This document shows, in pieces, positions 29,408 to 37,854 of a stretch of 64,000 nt of DNA (position 1 is its first letter; each line of letters starts with the position of its first letter). The stretch is taken from assembly GCA_002480485.1 (NCBI GenBank), contig DLCF01000131.1, forward strand, positions 10,380 to 74,379, in the 5' to 3' direction. This DNA is from Planctomycetaceae bacterium UBA7805. GTDB lineage: Bacteria; Planctomycetota; Planctomycetia; Pirellulales; UBA7805. The position numbers and the translations under genes are program-made. The notes under the pieces were generated by a model, which was not told the DNA's origin, made no database searches, and saw only the letters and a program-made list of their open reading frames with translations.

Positions 29408-29510
29408 AGCAGTATTTTTATCTTCTCGTTTGGGCCGTGGACGGGGTTAATTTAGAGAAACGCACCGGCGGTATCTTAGCGGAATGCACGCGAAAGAGAA
29501 GTCGCGACGG

Positions 29511-30530
29511 CTACCAACTCAGTAATGCCGTGCCCCAGGCAAGGCCGCCACCGAATCCCGAGAGAATGATTCGGCTTCCCGGTTGAATTTTTCCTGCCCG
29601 AAAAGCTTCGTCAAGAGCCAACGGAATGCTTCCGGCCGATGTGTTTCCGTAGCGGTCCACGTTGACCAAAACCTTGTCAGGGTCAGCTCCGAGATTTACA
29701 GCAGCGGCATCAATGATCCGGGAGTTAGCCTGATGGAAGATAAAAAGATCAATATCGTTGACGTCCAATCCGGCTTCTCGAGTTACATCGCGGACGGTCG
29801 ACTCGATGAGTCTGACGGCCCATTTGAACACCGGGCGACCGTCCATTCGCATAAATTGCTGGCCCTGTGTCACCCCTGGTGCATGAACCGGATCGGCCGA
29901 TCCACCCATTGGAATACACAGTAGATCATGTCCCGATCCGTCGGCTCCGAGCGTATAAGCTAGAAGTCCCTGATCTGAATTACCCGCCTCGACGAGGACA
30001 GCACCCGCGCCATCACCAAATAGCGGGTAAGTTTTTTTATCTTCTGGGTTGGCAACGCGAGAATTCGTATCGGCACCGACCAGCAGCGCAAGCTTGCTGG
30101 TGCCATTAGCGACGAATTGCATGCCAGTGATCATGCTGTAAATGAAACCGGCACATGCGGCGTGAACGTCGAAAGCTGGAGCGTTGATGCCAAGCCGATC
30201 TTGGATCTGACAGGCAGTTGCGGGCATCGGTAGATCTGCGGTAAAGGTTCCTAGTACTACCAAGTCGACTTCATCGGCTTGCCGCCCAGATTGCTGCAGG
30301 CAGCGCTCCGCCGCAATGGTTGCCATATCGCTTGTCTTTGTTCCGGGACTGGCGTGGCGACGTTCTCGAATACCAGTGCGTTGCACAATCCACTCGGCAT
30401 CGCACCCAAGCGATGTTAAGTCTTCATTGGCAACAACATTTTCAGGGACGTAACTGCCTGTTCCGATCACCCGAATGCCAGGTAAGCGGAAAATACGTGA
30501 ATGCCGGGTCTGTATCGATCTATCGGCCAT
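29511..30530 (-). CDS. fabH: Beta-ketoacyl-ACP synthase III
   Basis: Motifs RTGIRERR, AACAGF, FGDGAGA, HQAN, GNTSAGS and GFGGGL. Confidence 0.95.
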   Translation of the reverse strand: MADRSIQTRHSRIFRLPGIRVIGTGSYVPENVVANEDLTSLGCDAEWIVQRTGIRERRHASPGTKTSDMATIAAERCLQQSGRQADEVDLVVLGTFTADLPMPATACQIQDRLGINAPAFDVHAACAGFIYSMITGMQFVANGTSKLALLVGADTNSRVANPEDKKTYPLFGDGAGAVLVEAGNSDQGLLAYTLGADGSGHDLLCIPMGGSADPVHAPGVTQGQQFMRMDGRPVFKWAVRLIESTVRDVTREAGLDVNDIDLFIFHQANSRIIDAAAVNLGADPDKVLVNVDRYGNTSAGSIPLALDEAFRAGKIQPGSRIILSGFGGGLAWGTALLSW

Positions 30531-30621
30531 ACTCGCAGCGTCTTTTTCGCATCATGCGTATCATGGACCATCGTGCTGAGGATTCCAGAAGTCCACGTAG
30601 GCTACGCATTTCGAGTAGGCT

Positions 30622-31443
30622 TCACAAGCCCTGAATGATCTCGGCTCCACCGACCCGGGACGGCGACAACGCTTGTTTTTTTTGGTTCGGGTTGGTTTTT
30701 GCCGTAATTGGATTTACGGAAATGCCCCGTTTTACGTTCAACTTGTTTTTGCTTTTCACTGTTTTTCTTTGCCGTTTTTTCGGTCGCTCATAAAGAATCG
30801 CATTTCCTTGTTTTCCGACTTGTGCAATCGCTCCCGTCTGACGCATCACATAAGCAATGCGTTGTGCGGTTTCTCTGCACACGCCAAGCAATTCGGCCAG
30901 ATGCCCCGTATGAAAAGGGCGCGGCAATTTGAGGTCACCCAGCGGTTGCCACAGATCCTCTACGGTACACAGTCGGGTTGCATCGTGCACATCAACTAGC
31001 TTTTGATCTTCAACAACAAAATCTTTCTTACTCCACCGACGTCTTTTTCCGTGTCCCGGATAGCGCCATTCTTCGACGTCGACCATGACAAATTCGATTG
31101 CTAATCGTGGATGGGGAAATACGCTTGTGAAGTAAAGCAGTTCGTCAAAAATGTCCAACCAGGTTGCGCGTTTTGGACTTTTGCGACGGCCGATCACGGA
31201 TCCCTTTTTCTTTTTGCGTTTGATCAGTTGCTTGGTCTGCAGAAGCGGCTTAACAACTAACACTTGATGCGACTTCAGGAGCGTGCGGACCTTGTTGCGG
31301 ATTGCAGACAAAGACCCATGCTGAATTTCAACCAGCCAGTCATCCGCAATCGCATCTATGCGATAATCGCCTAAAGGTACCTCCAAACAATTTCGGTCAT
31401 CAGCATAGTGAGATTTCAAATCCCGATGCAACGATGTTTCCAT
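30622..31443 (-). CDS. Conserved hypothetical protein, PD-(D/E)XK-like nuclease fold plus C-terminal wHTH
   Basis: SLH..LK, RIDA...LVEIQ motif, HTH-like segment near the C-terminus, Lys-rich tail. Start placed at ATG 31443. Confidence 0.6.
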   Translation of the reverse strand: METSLHRDLKSHYADDRNCLEVPLGDYRIDAIADDWLVEIQHGSLSAIRNKVRTLLKSHQVLVVKPLLQTKQLIKRKKKKGSVIGRRKSPKRATWLDIFDELLYFTSVFPHPRLAIEFVMVDVEEWRYPGHGKRRRWSKKDFVVEDQKLVDVHDATRLCTVEDLWQPLGDLKLPRPFHTGHLAELLGVCRETAQRIAYVMRQTGAIAQVGKQGNAILYERPKKRQRKTVKSKNKLNVKRGISVNPITAKTNPNQKKQALSPSRVGGAEIIQGL

Positions 31444-31559
31444 GCTCGTGCACTCATTGGGGAAAGAGAACGGGTGAGGCGAATCGATCGCTATCCACTT
31501 CATCGACCAGAAAAGTAGGCCGACATGAGATCGAAACGGTATCTTCCCTCGGCCACGTT

Positions 31560-32120
31560 TTAAGCGGGTGTTTCTGTCGGTTCAATCCCGAAATCCTGAA
31601 CCGTGAGGAGGCTTTTTAACCAGTAGCCACGCTCTAAAAATGCCGCTTCGCCGCCTTCCAGGCGATCAATAATCGCAATCACCCCATCAACTTGCAGGCC
31701 AAACTGCGCTGCCCGTTCGATGGCCAACAATGAAGAGCCCCCGGTAGTCACCACATCTTCCAATATGACCACTCGGTCCCCTGCACGCACGGGACCCTCG
31801 ATGTAACGTTCCAGGCCGTGTCCCTTCGGTTCTTTTCGCACCATAAAGCCACGAAGAGGCACCTCGCGGATGCCCGCTACCGTAAGAACTGCGGCGGTGA
31901 TCGGGTCTGCCCCGATCGACATGCCTCCCACCGCAGCGGGAAGATGGTCACCCAATAAGTCTAAGATTCCTTCACCCAGAATACGCGCTCCGCTTGCGTC
32001 GAGCGTGATCTGTTTTCCATCCAAGTAATAAGAGGCTTTCTTCCCTGAAACGAGAGTGAAATCGCCGAATTTCAATGCTTTTTCGCGAACCAGGGTCATC
32101 AACGCGTTTTTGTCGTACAC
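31560..32120 (-). CDS. pyrE: Orotate phosphoribosyltransferase
   Basis: GDFTLVSGKKASYY, VRKEPKGHG, and PRPP loop ILEDVVTTGGS. GTG 32120 is the probable start; the ORF extends to 32138. Confidence 0.95.
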   Translation of the reverse strand: MYDKNALMTLVREKALKFGDFTLVSGKKASYYLDGKQITLDASGARILGEGILDLLGDHLPAAVGGMSIGADPITAAVLTVAGIREVPLRGFMVRKEPKGHGLERYIEGPVRAGDRVVILEDVVTTGGSSLLAIERAAQFGLQVDGVIAIIDRLEGGEAAFLERGYWLKSLLTVQDFGIEPTETPA

Positions 32121-32301
32121 GGCGTATGGATTCCTCAAACGTCGGGTCAGAGCATGCTATCCAAGATTCCCTTCGGGGAAATTGTTGCCGCCTATTGTAC
32201 CCGGCATCGTGGCTGTGACCAGACGCAAAAGAACAGCGCTAGCGTCGGTGAGCGTACGACGTTTTATGTCGGCTGAGCTGCTTCGTCGTGTGTTGCGATA
32301 G

Positions 32302-33663
32302 TCAGCGTTGGATGGTCACCTTGGACCCTTGCGAGAGAATGTCGTAGAGGTCATCCGCATCTTCTACAGAGACGCCGATTTGTCCCGGTACCGAACCCTG
32401 CGAAACAGCCTCTGGCTGATGCATTCCTGCAAAACCGATTTGCGGATTCGATGGTTGGAGATTTTCGGATATTTCATAGCCGGGAGACAGGCGGATCCAT
32501 GGTCGGTTTCCATGCTCAGGGTGTGCTCGTGTCTTTTGATGAACAACAAAAGGTCCGACAATGGACTGAAACTCTGGTCCCATCACAAGCTGAAACCTTC
32601 CTGCGTACCTTCCACCCAGCCAAAGTGTAAGTTCACTTTTTTCGCCATTTACCGTCGCGTTGAAAGGCCCGCGCACCACTTTGAGTTGTTGCCCTGTGGT
32701 CAGATTCTGAGGGTTCTGAATCCCATTGATTTTCACCAGCAAGCCGACGGGCACGCGATGGGCCTGTGCAATCTTTTCTAGAGTTTCGCCTTGCTTCACC
32801 GTATAGGCTGGTTCAATGAGATGCTTACGTGAGTAGATTACTGATCCTGCAACCCGATCCAACAATTGTGTCAATTCGTCCTGCTGCGATGCATTCAATC
32901 GTGGATCCTCATACCAGATGGAAAGGGTCAACAACGCAGTAGCGAGCTGCCCTTGCTGCAGTTGGATCTTTGCCGATTTTATTGCTGTGGTGAATGCAAG
33001 ATCTTGACTTAGATTGAATTTATTTTCGACTGATGTTACGGCGGCATCGACCGCAACGGGCCGCGACAGGTCCGGGGCATCGTCCGTACTGGTGATATTC
33101 ACGTCTGCAGGTAATGCCGTTGCAGGTCGACCAGTTGTGGGTGCTGTTTGGGCTGTGCTCCCTGGGCCCGTTTCGGCCACAGGCCCTGCGGGTTGGGTGG
33201 CACCGGAGGGCAACACCGCGATCGCCTGGGGCCCTGCGGGTGTTGTCTGATTTTGTGCAACAGCGGTGGCTTTACCATTCGGCTCGGCGGCGTAGCGAGC
33301 TTGAGGCACGGCCACCGGTGGGAATGTTGTCGATTCAGTCGGTGGTGCTGTGATTGCGGGCACGGTGACCGGCGCTGTGGCGGTATTGTTCTTTGCCACC
33401 CCATTTGTTGGACCCGTTTGTGCAGGGTTGGATGGCTGCATTATTTGCGGCGGCGTGACTTGAGGCTGATTCACCTGGGGCGGCGTGACTTGCGGCGGGG
33501 TAACCTGAGGAATGCCATTTTCAGTGCGCATTTCCTGTTTCAGCCAGTCAGGTGTTTCCGTTTGCACATTCTTAAATTGAAATCCATTATTTAGGCCGAC
33601 ATACAGACCGTAGCCGACCATCACGAGAATTGTCAGGACCACCACTGTTTTTAATGTATTCAC
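32302..33663 (-). CDS. Membrane-anchored LysM protein with Pro/Thr/Gln-rich linker and a degenerate YkuD-like C-terminus
   Basis: GTG 33663 with AGGAGG 6 nt upstream; N-terminal TM; LysM YTVKQGETLEKIA...LVKINGI...GQQLKV. Confidence 0.85.
   Translation of the reverse strand: MNTLKTVVVLTILVMVGYGLYVGLNNGFQFKNVQTETPDWLKQEMRTENGIPQVTPPQVTPPQVNQPQVTPPQIMQPSNPAQTGPTNGVAKNNTATAPVTVPAITAPPTESTTFPPVAVPQARYAAEPNGKATAVAQNQTTPAGPQAIAVLPSGATQPAGPVAETGPGSTAQTAPTTGRPATALPADVNITSTDDAPDLSRPVAVDAAVTSVENKFNLSQDLAFTTAIKSAKIQLQQGQLATALLTLSIWYEDPRLNASQQDELTQLLDRVAGSVIYSRKHLIEPAYTVKQGETLEKIAQAHRVPVGLLVKINGIQNPQNLTTGQQLKVVRGPFNATVNGEKSELTLWLGGRYAGRFQLVMGPEFQSIVGPFVVHQKTRAHPEHGNRPWIRLSPGYEISENLQPSNPQIGFAGMHQPEAVSQGSVPGQIGVSVEDADDLYDILSQGSKVTIQR
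33445..33510 (-). repeat. Imperfect 15-bp coding tandem repeat (about 4 copies, PQVTP)
   Basis: Encodes PQVTPPQVTPPQVNQPQVTPPQ; the DNA unit ggcggcgtgacttg recurs. Confidence 0.75.
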
Positions 33664-33794
33664 ATTCGTCCTCCTTGACGAATTCTCTTTCGGTGCCACG
33701 CCGCTTTTTTCTTCTGGCCTGGGCTGTTATGGTGCAAAAATTCGCAGAGAGGCGCAGCTGCCTCGTCAGTGCAGTTGCAGGTAATAGGTATCAG

Positions 33795-34046
33795 ATGATT
33801 GAATTTCAATACGCCGACGACCTGAGTGACGAAGAATACCCTGACGATGTCGATGCGTCTGATGAATTGGATGACTCCACGCAGACGTTCTGCTGTCCAG
33901 AGTGTGGGAGCGAAATTTACGAAGACGCCCCGCAGTGCGCGATTTGTGGACATTACGTCACTGCTCATGATCGATCGAGTCAAGGTTGGTGGTGGGTTGC
34001 TATGGTCACACTGCTCATCGTCAGCCTACTGCTTTGGCTTCTTTAA
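33795..34046 (+). CDS. Small acidic zinc-ribbon membrane protein
   Basis: Acidic N-terminus, CPECG-x9-CAICG, C-terminal TM helix; ATG at 33795. Confidence 0.72.
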   Translation: MIEFQYADDLSDEEYPDDVDASDELDDSTQTFCCPECGSEIYEDAPQCAICGHYVTAHDRSSQGWWWVAMVTLLIVSLLLWLL

Positions 34047-34203
34047 CTCGACACCATTTTGGACAGGTCGACTGATTCAGAGCGGGCGGCAATCATAGAA
34101 AAACTCTGACTTGGCGGCTACATCAAGCTGACCCAAATCGAGAGAGTCGCCCGATCGCGTGCCAGCGTTGCCAGCGAGTTGCCAATCGGCCGAAGCCGGA
34201 CTG

Positions 34204-35607
34204 CTAGACGTGGGCTTCCGGTTCCTCAACAGAACCGCTTTTGCAGCGGAGAGACCTTTTTTTATCGTACGCCCACTCTGCCCCACGGCGTTTCGGCGAT
34301 TCCCCACACACCTCAGGAAGACCGCATCTTACTCCGGTGTTCCACGCCTGACCGGACCATACCGATATCCATGGATGACAGGAATGGTTTTGGGCTAGAA
34401 ACATCTGGTCCGACCGAGGTCCATGCTGGTCTCTTCGAAGGACAATCAAATGTGGCATGGAGACCATTTTTTTCCCCGGCACCATTTTTTGCACGCTCCG
34501 AGGCATTCGTATTTTTCGCTTTACAGGCACCATTTTGCATACTCGCACCGGCACCTCACGAACGCGTTGTTCATACATCATCCGCGTGTATGTGTAAGGC
34601 ACGCGGCGTACCTCTTCCGCCCGAATATAGCGACACACTGGAACGGTCACCTTGTTTTCAACCCGTTCAATCACCTCGCGGCACGTAGTCACTGGCACAA
34701 CGCGAACGCACTCTTCCGTTACCATCTTGCAAACACAGACCGGCACGCGACGGATCTCTTCTTCAGTTACCCATTCGCTCACTGTCGTCGGTACCTTGAT
34801 GTTAGTTACGACGCGTTCGTAGGTCGTTTCGGGCACTTCGACGGCAACCTGGTTCGGCTGCCAAACCTTTTCAGAAACCAGCTTGGTTTTCGGTTGTTTA
34901 ACCCAAACGAACCCAGGCAATTCATATCTTTTTTTACCATTTGCCGGATCAACGCCCCAGCCTCCGGGTGCCCATTTGAGAAAGCTGAATTGGAGCTTTC
35001 GCTGTCTCTCTACTTTTTGCGTTACATATTGTCCTTGATCAACATAATTGGTTTTCATCCGTGTGACCGGTTGGTGTGAAACCTGCGGGACCTCTTTTTC
35101 CACGGTGCGGGTGACACATCGCTGGACCTGTACCTTTTCCTCCCGACATTCGGTTTCCATAACAGGACGGCTGATGGTGTAGCGTTCTTCACACTGCTTC
35201 GTTTCAACAATTTGCCGAACAACATTGTAACTTCGGTCACATACTTGGGTTTCCCACACCGGTTTTATGGAGACGCAGCGGACTTCCTTTTCAAACGTTT
35301 GGGTCTCAGGTCTCGCGACAGTGTAATGGCACGTTCGCATTTTAGTTTCCCAAACGGGCTCGTAAGTCGTGATCCAATATTCTTCGAAGAGAACGCTGTT
35401 CTGCATATGACAGGTATCGATCAGCTGTTGCTGGTAGATTATTTCGCATGGGCTCTCATTCGCACTGACGCAGGGCACGGGGCCGAGGTACTCCGCTCCC
35501 TCGAGCAATATCTCTATCTGCTGTTGGTTGGCTGAGGCTGCCAGTGGTGGCAGGTTGACAACGACACTGAACACGAGCACGCGTATCCACGGCAGTTTGT
35601 CCAACAT
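34204..35607 (-). CDS. Secreted Val/Cys/Arg/Glu-rich repeat protein, YTV-like (planctomycete envelope protein)
   Basis: Signal peptide; recurring motifs YTVARP, YTISRPV, PVWET, RRVPVCVC, VPYTY and VPVRVC. Confidence 0.7.
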   Translation of the reverse strand: MLDKLPWIRVLVFSVVVNLPPLAASANQQQIEILLEGAEYLGPVPCVSANESPCEIIYQQQLIDTCHMQNSVLFEEYWITTYEPVWETKMRTCHYTVARPETQTFEKEVRCVSIKPVWETQVCDRSYNVVRQIVETKQCEERYTISRPVMETECREEKVQVQRCVTRTVEKEVPQVSHQPVTRMKTNYVDQGQYVTQKVERQRKLQFSFLKWAPGGWGVDPANGKKRYELPGFVWVKQPKTKLVSEKVWQPNQVAVEVPETTYERVVTNIKVPTTVSEWVTEEEIRRVPVCVCKMVTEECVRVVPVTTCREVIERVENKVTVPVCRYIRAEEVRRVPYTYTRMMYEQRVREVPVRVCKMVPVKRKIRMPRSVQKMVPGKKMVSMPHLIVLRRDQHGPRSDQMFLAQNHSCHPWISVWSGQAWNTGVRCGLPEVCGESPKRRGAEWAYDKKRSLRCKSGSVEEPEAHV

Positions 35608-35832
35608 GGTACTTTTCCAAATGACAGGGGAGGGTAGTTGTGCGGCGTTTCAGCGCTCTTAAGCGCAATACGCCGAAACGGCGTTTTCATCCCGCAAAGG
35701 AGATTTCGCGGAGGGCTTTTACATCAATTCATGCAGATGCGAAAGGCTAATTTTGGCTTTGGGGCGACGGCAAGATCCAAACATGACCAAGGGGTAACCT
35801 GCCGCTTCCAATGCTAGCTGTGAGCTAACACG

Positions 35833-36882
35833 TCAGTCGAGCACCGGTGGGCTCAATGCCTGAAGCGTCAAATCGGCTTCTACTTTGACTTGCGGATTTT
35901 TCTCTGCGTCTTGCAACGATTTGATCGTCGTTGCAAGCGATTGAAGATCGGCTTCCGGATTGTTCGCTCGTAACACGCGGGTTGCTCGGAGCCCATTGAG
36001 CAAGATCCGCAGTCGCTTCAATTCCCTCTCCTTGGGGTTCGTTTCTTCAGCTAACGCCCGATCGTTACTCGGAGTGAGCATCTCGTCGAGAGTTTCCAGG
36101 CAGGCAACGTTACCAAGGCGTGCTAGTCCTGTGGCCGCGTTGTAGACCACATCGACATGGGGCGACTCGGTGAGGATCTCCTCCAGGCGCCGAGTTGCCT
36201 CGTTTTGCCCCGTGGCAGCGAGGGCCACGACCGCTCGAGACGCAATTTTTCTATCTTCATTTTCGGAATTTGCAAGAAGTAGGGCAAGCAATTCTGGCGA
36301 TACATTCGTGCCGGCCGAATGGGTATTCTCCACCAGCAGAGCAATCGCCTCGATAGCGGCGAGCCGAACTCGGAGCTCGTCGTCATCCGCATGGCGAGAT
36401 GCGGCCCGCATCAACACTGGAAGCACGGCTTCTGGAACCAGAAATTCCCCCAAGGCTTTGCAGAGAAATCCCCGCCTTACGATTTCCTGGCTTCGGGGGC
36501 TGGTTCCGCCAAATCCACTTTGCCTGTTCGGCGGCAGAGGTTGATCCAGCAAATCATTCAGAAACGATGAAACCTCCTCGGCCAATTCCCGGTCGGTGCG
36601 ATAGGTATCATTTTGTCGGAGCTCCTCAGAAAAATTGTAAGCCAACTGCCAGCTGTTCGCTTTATTCTGACGCATCTGACGGACAATTTCACCGGGATGA
36701 GTGCCTCGGTGGGCAAGCCAGGAAAACCCAAGCCACAACAAAACGATCATGAGTACGATCAGACCGGGGATAACGAACAGTTGAATGATGAATCCAGCGG
36801 ATGGTTGTTCAACTGGAGGCAAAACCTCGCGGTCTTGGGGGGCGTCAGCAGGGTCGACAGGTGGTGCGGGCTGGGACATCAC
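35833..36882 (-). CDS. Membrane-anchored HEAT-repeat protein
   Basis: N-terminal TM (FIIQLFVIPGLIV...); HEAT-like units VRLAAIEAIA, IASRAVVALA, VVYNAATGLARLG and VKVEADLTL. Confidence 0.75.
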   Translation of the reverse strand: MMSQPAPPVDPADAPQDREVLPPVEQPSAGFIIQLFVIPGLIVLMIVLLWLGFSWLAHRGTHPGEIVRQMRQNKANSWQLAYNFSEELRQNDTYRTDRELAEEVSSFLNDLLDQPLPPNRQSGFGGTSPRSQEIVRRGFLCKALGEFLVPEAVLPVLMRAASRHADDDELRVRLAAIEAIALLVENTHSAGTNVSPELLALLLANSENEDRKIASRAVVALAATGQNEATRRLEEILTESPHVDVVYNAATGLARLGNVACLETLDEMLTPSNDRALAEETNPKERELKRLRILLNGLRATRVLRANNPEADLQSLATTIKSLQDAEKNPQVKVEADLTLQALSPPVLD

Positions 36883-37120
36883 ACAACTTTAGCGCATCGG
36901 TGGGTCGGCGGGTAGGTATCGGCAACTGCCTGCAGGTTGATATTGATGCAGAAATGAGCAGACAACCACGAATATGGATGCCTCGCGGCGGACAAAACCG
37001 GCGTTTTTTCCCGCCGTAGATCTAACGGACCCTCGATCGTACGATAGAAAACGGTGGCGGGGTGATCTGACCCCATCCCACGCCAGTCTAGACCCCTGCA
37101 TACTAATTGCAAGTCACGCC

Positions 37121-37843
37121 ATGAAACTGATTGAGAAAAAATTTAATTCCGCAGAAGAGAACATCGCGTTTGACGAGGCTATACTTCTCGCTGCCGAACG
37201 GGACGGTGACGAGGGTGGATACCTGCGAATTTGGGAGCCGACCCAATGGTTTGTGGTCCTCGGTCGCGGCTCAAGTCTCGAGCGAGAAGTAGATCAGAAA
37301 CGGTGTCGTTCGGATGACGTTCCAATTCTGCGCCGCAGCAGCGGTGGTGCCGCGATCGTTGCCGGTCCGGGTTGTCTGTTTTATGCTGTTGTCCTTTCGC
37401 TGAAGCAGCATCCGGCACTGCGATTGATTGATCAGGCGCATGCATTCGTCCTTTCAAACTTGGTAGACGGACTGCGGGATGTGGTTCCTAATATCAAGCG
37501 AGAGGGGACAAGCGATCTGGCAGTGGAGGGAAAAAAAGTTTCGGGTAATAGTCTTCGTTGTCGCAAGGATCACTTGCTCTATCACGGGACTCTTCTTTAT
37601 GACATGCGTCTTGCATCGATCACGGAATATTTGCGAACTCCACCGCGACAGCCTGGGTATCGTCAGGATCGATCTCACGCTGACTTCGTCGCCAATCTGC
37701 AATTACCGCGGGAAGTGGTTTATCAAGCAGTCCTCTCTGCCTGGGGCAATCCGGCAACTCTGACCGACTGGTCACATGCCGATCTAGAAGCGTTGGTTAG
37801 CAAAAAATATGCACGCGATGATTGGACAACGCAGAATCCTTGA
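37121..37843 (+). CDS. Lipoate-protein ligase A family catalytic-domain protein
   Basis: Motifs ENIAFDEA, RRSSGGAAI, SDL...KKVSGNS and LYHGTLL; ATG at 37121. Confidence 0.88.
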   Translation: MKLIEKKFNSAEENIAFDEAILLAAERDGDEGGYLRIWEPTQWFVVLGRGSSLEREVDQKRCRSDDVPILRRSSGGAAIVAGPGCLFYAVVLSLKQHPALRLIDQAHAFVLSNLVDGLRDVVPNIKREGTSDLAVEGKKVSGNSLRCRKDHLLYHGTLLYDMRLASITEYLRTPPRQPGYRQDRSHADFVANLQLPREVVYQAVLSAWGNPATLTDWSHADLEALVSKKYARDDWTTQNP

Positions 37844-37854
37844 ATTGAAGGCGG

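Noticed and set aside
29511-30530. fabH as a partner of the biosynthetic cluster
   Set aside because: It has canonical FabH motifs, sits in a housekeeping context and lies about 16 kb from the cluster.
33445-33510. Tandem repeat as a possible CRISPR or contingency locus
   Set aside because: It is an in-frame, degenerate coding repeat with no spacers and no cas genes.
34179-35079. Long plus-strand ORFs (169 and 218 aa) opposite the YTV-like gene
   Set aside because: They are antisense shadows of a repetitive gene and show no domain signal.
35664-35750. Hairpin ACGCCG-AAA-CGGCGT followed by CGCAAAG, superficially like a c-di-GMP-I riboswitch or a terminator
   Set aside because: It lacks the GGCAAAC/GGGACGCAAAGC core, and both the motif and the T-run are on the strand opposite the flanking genes.
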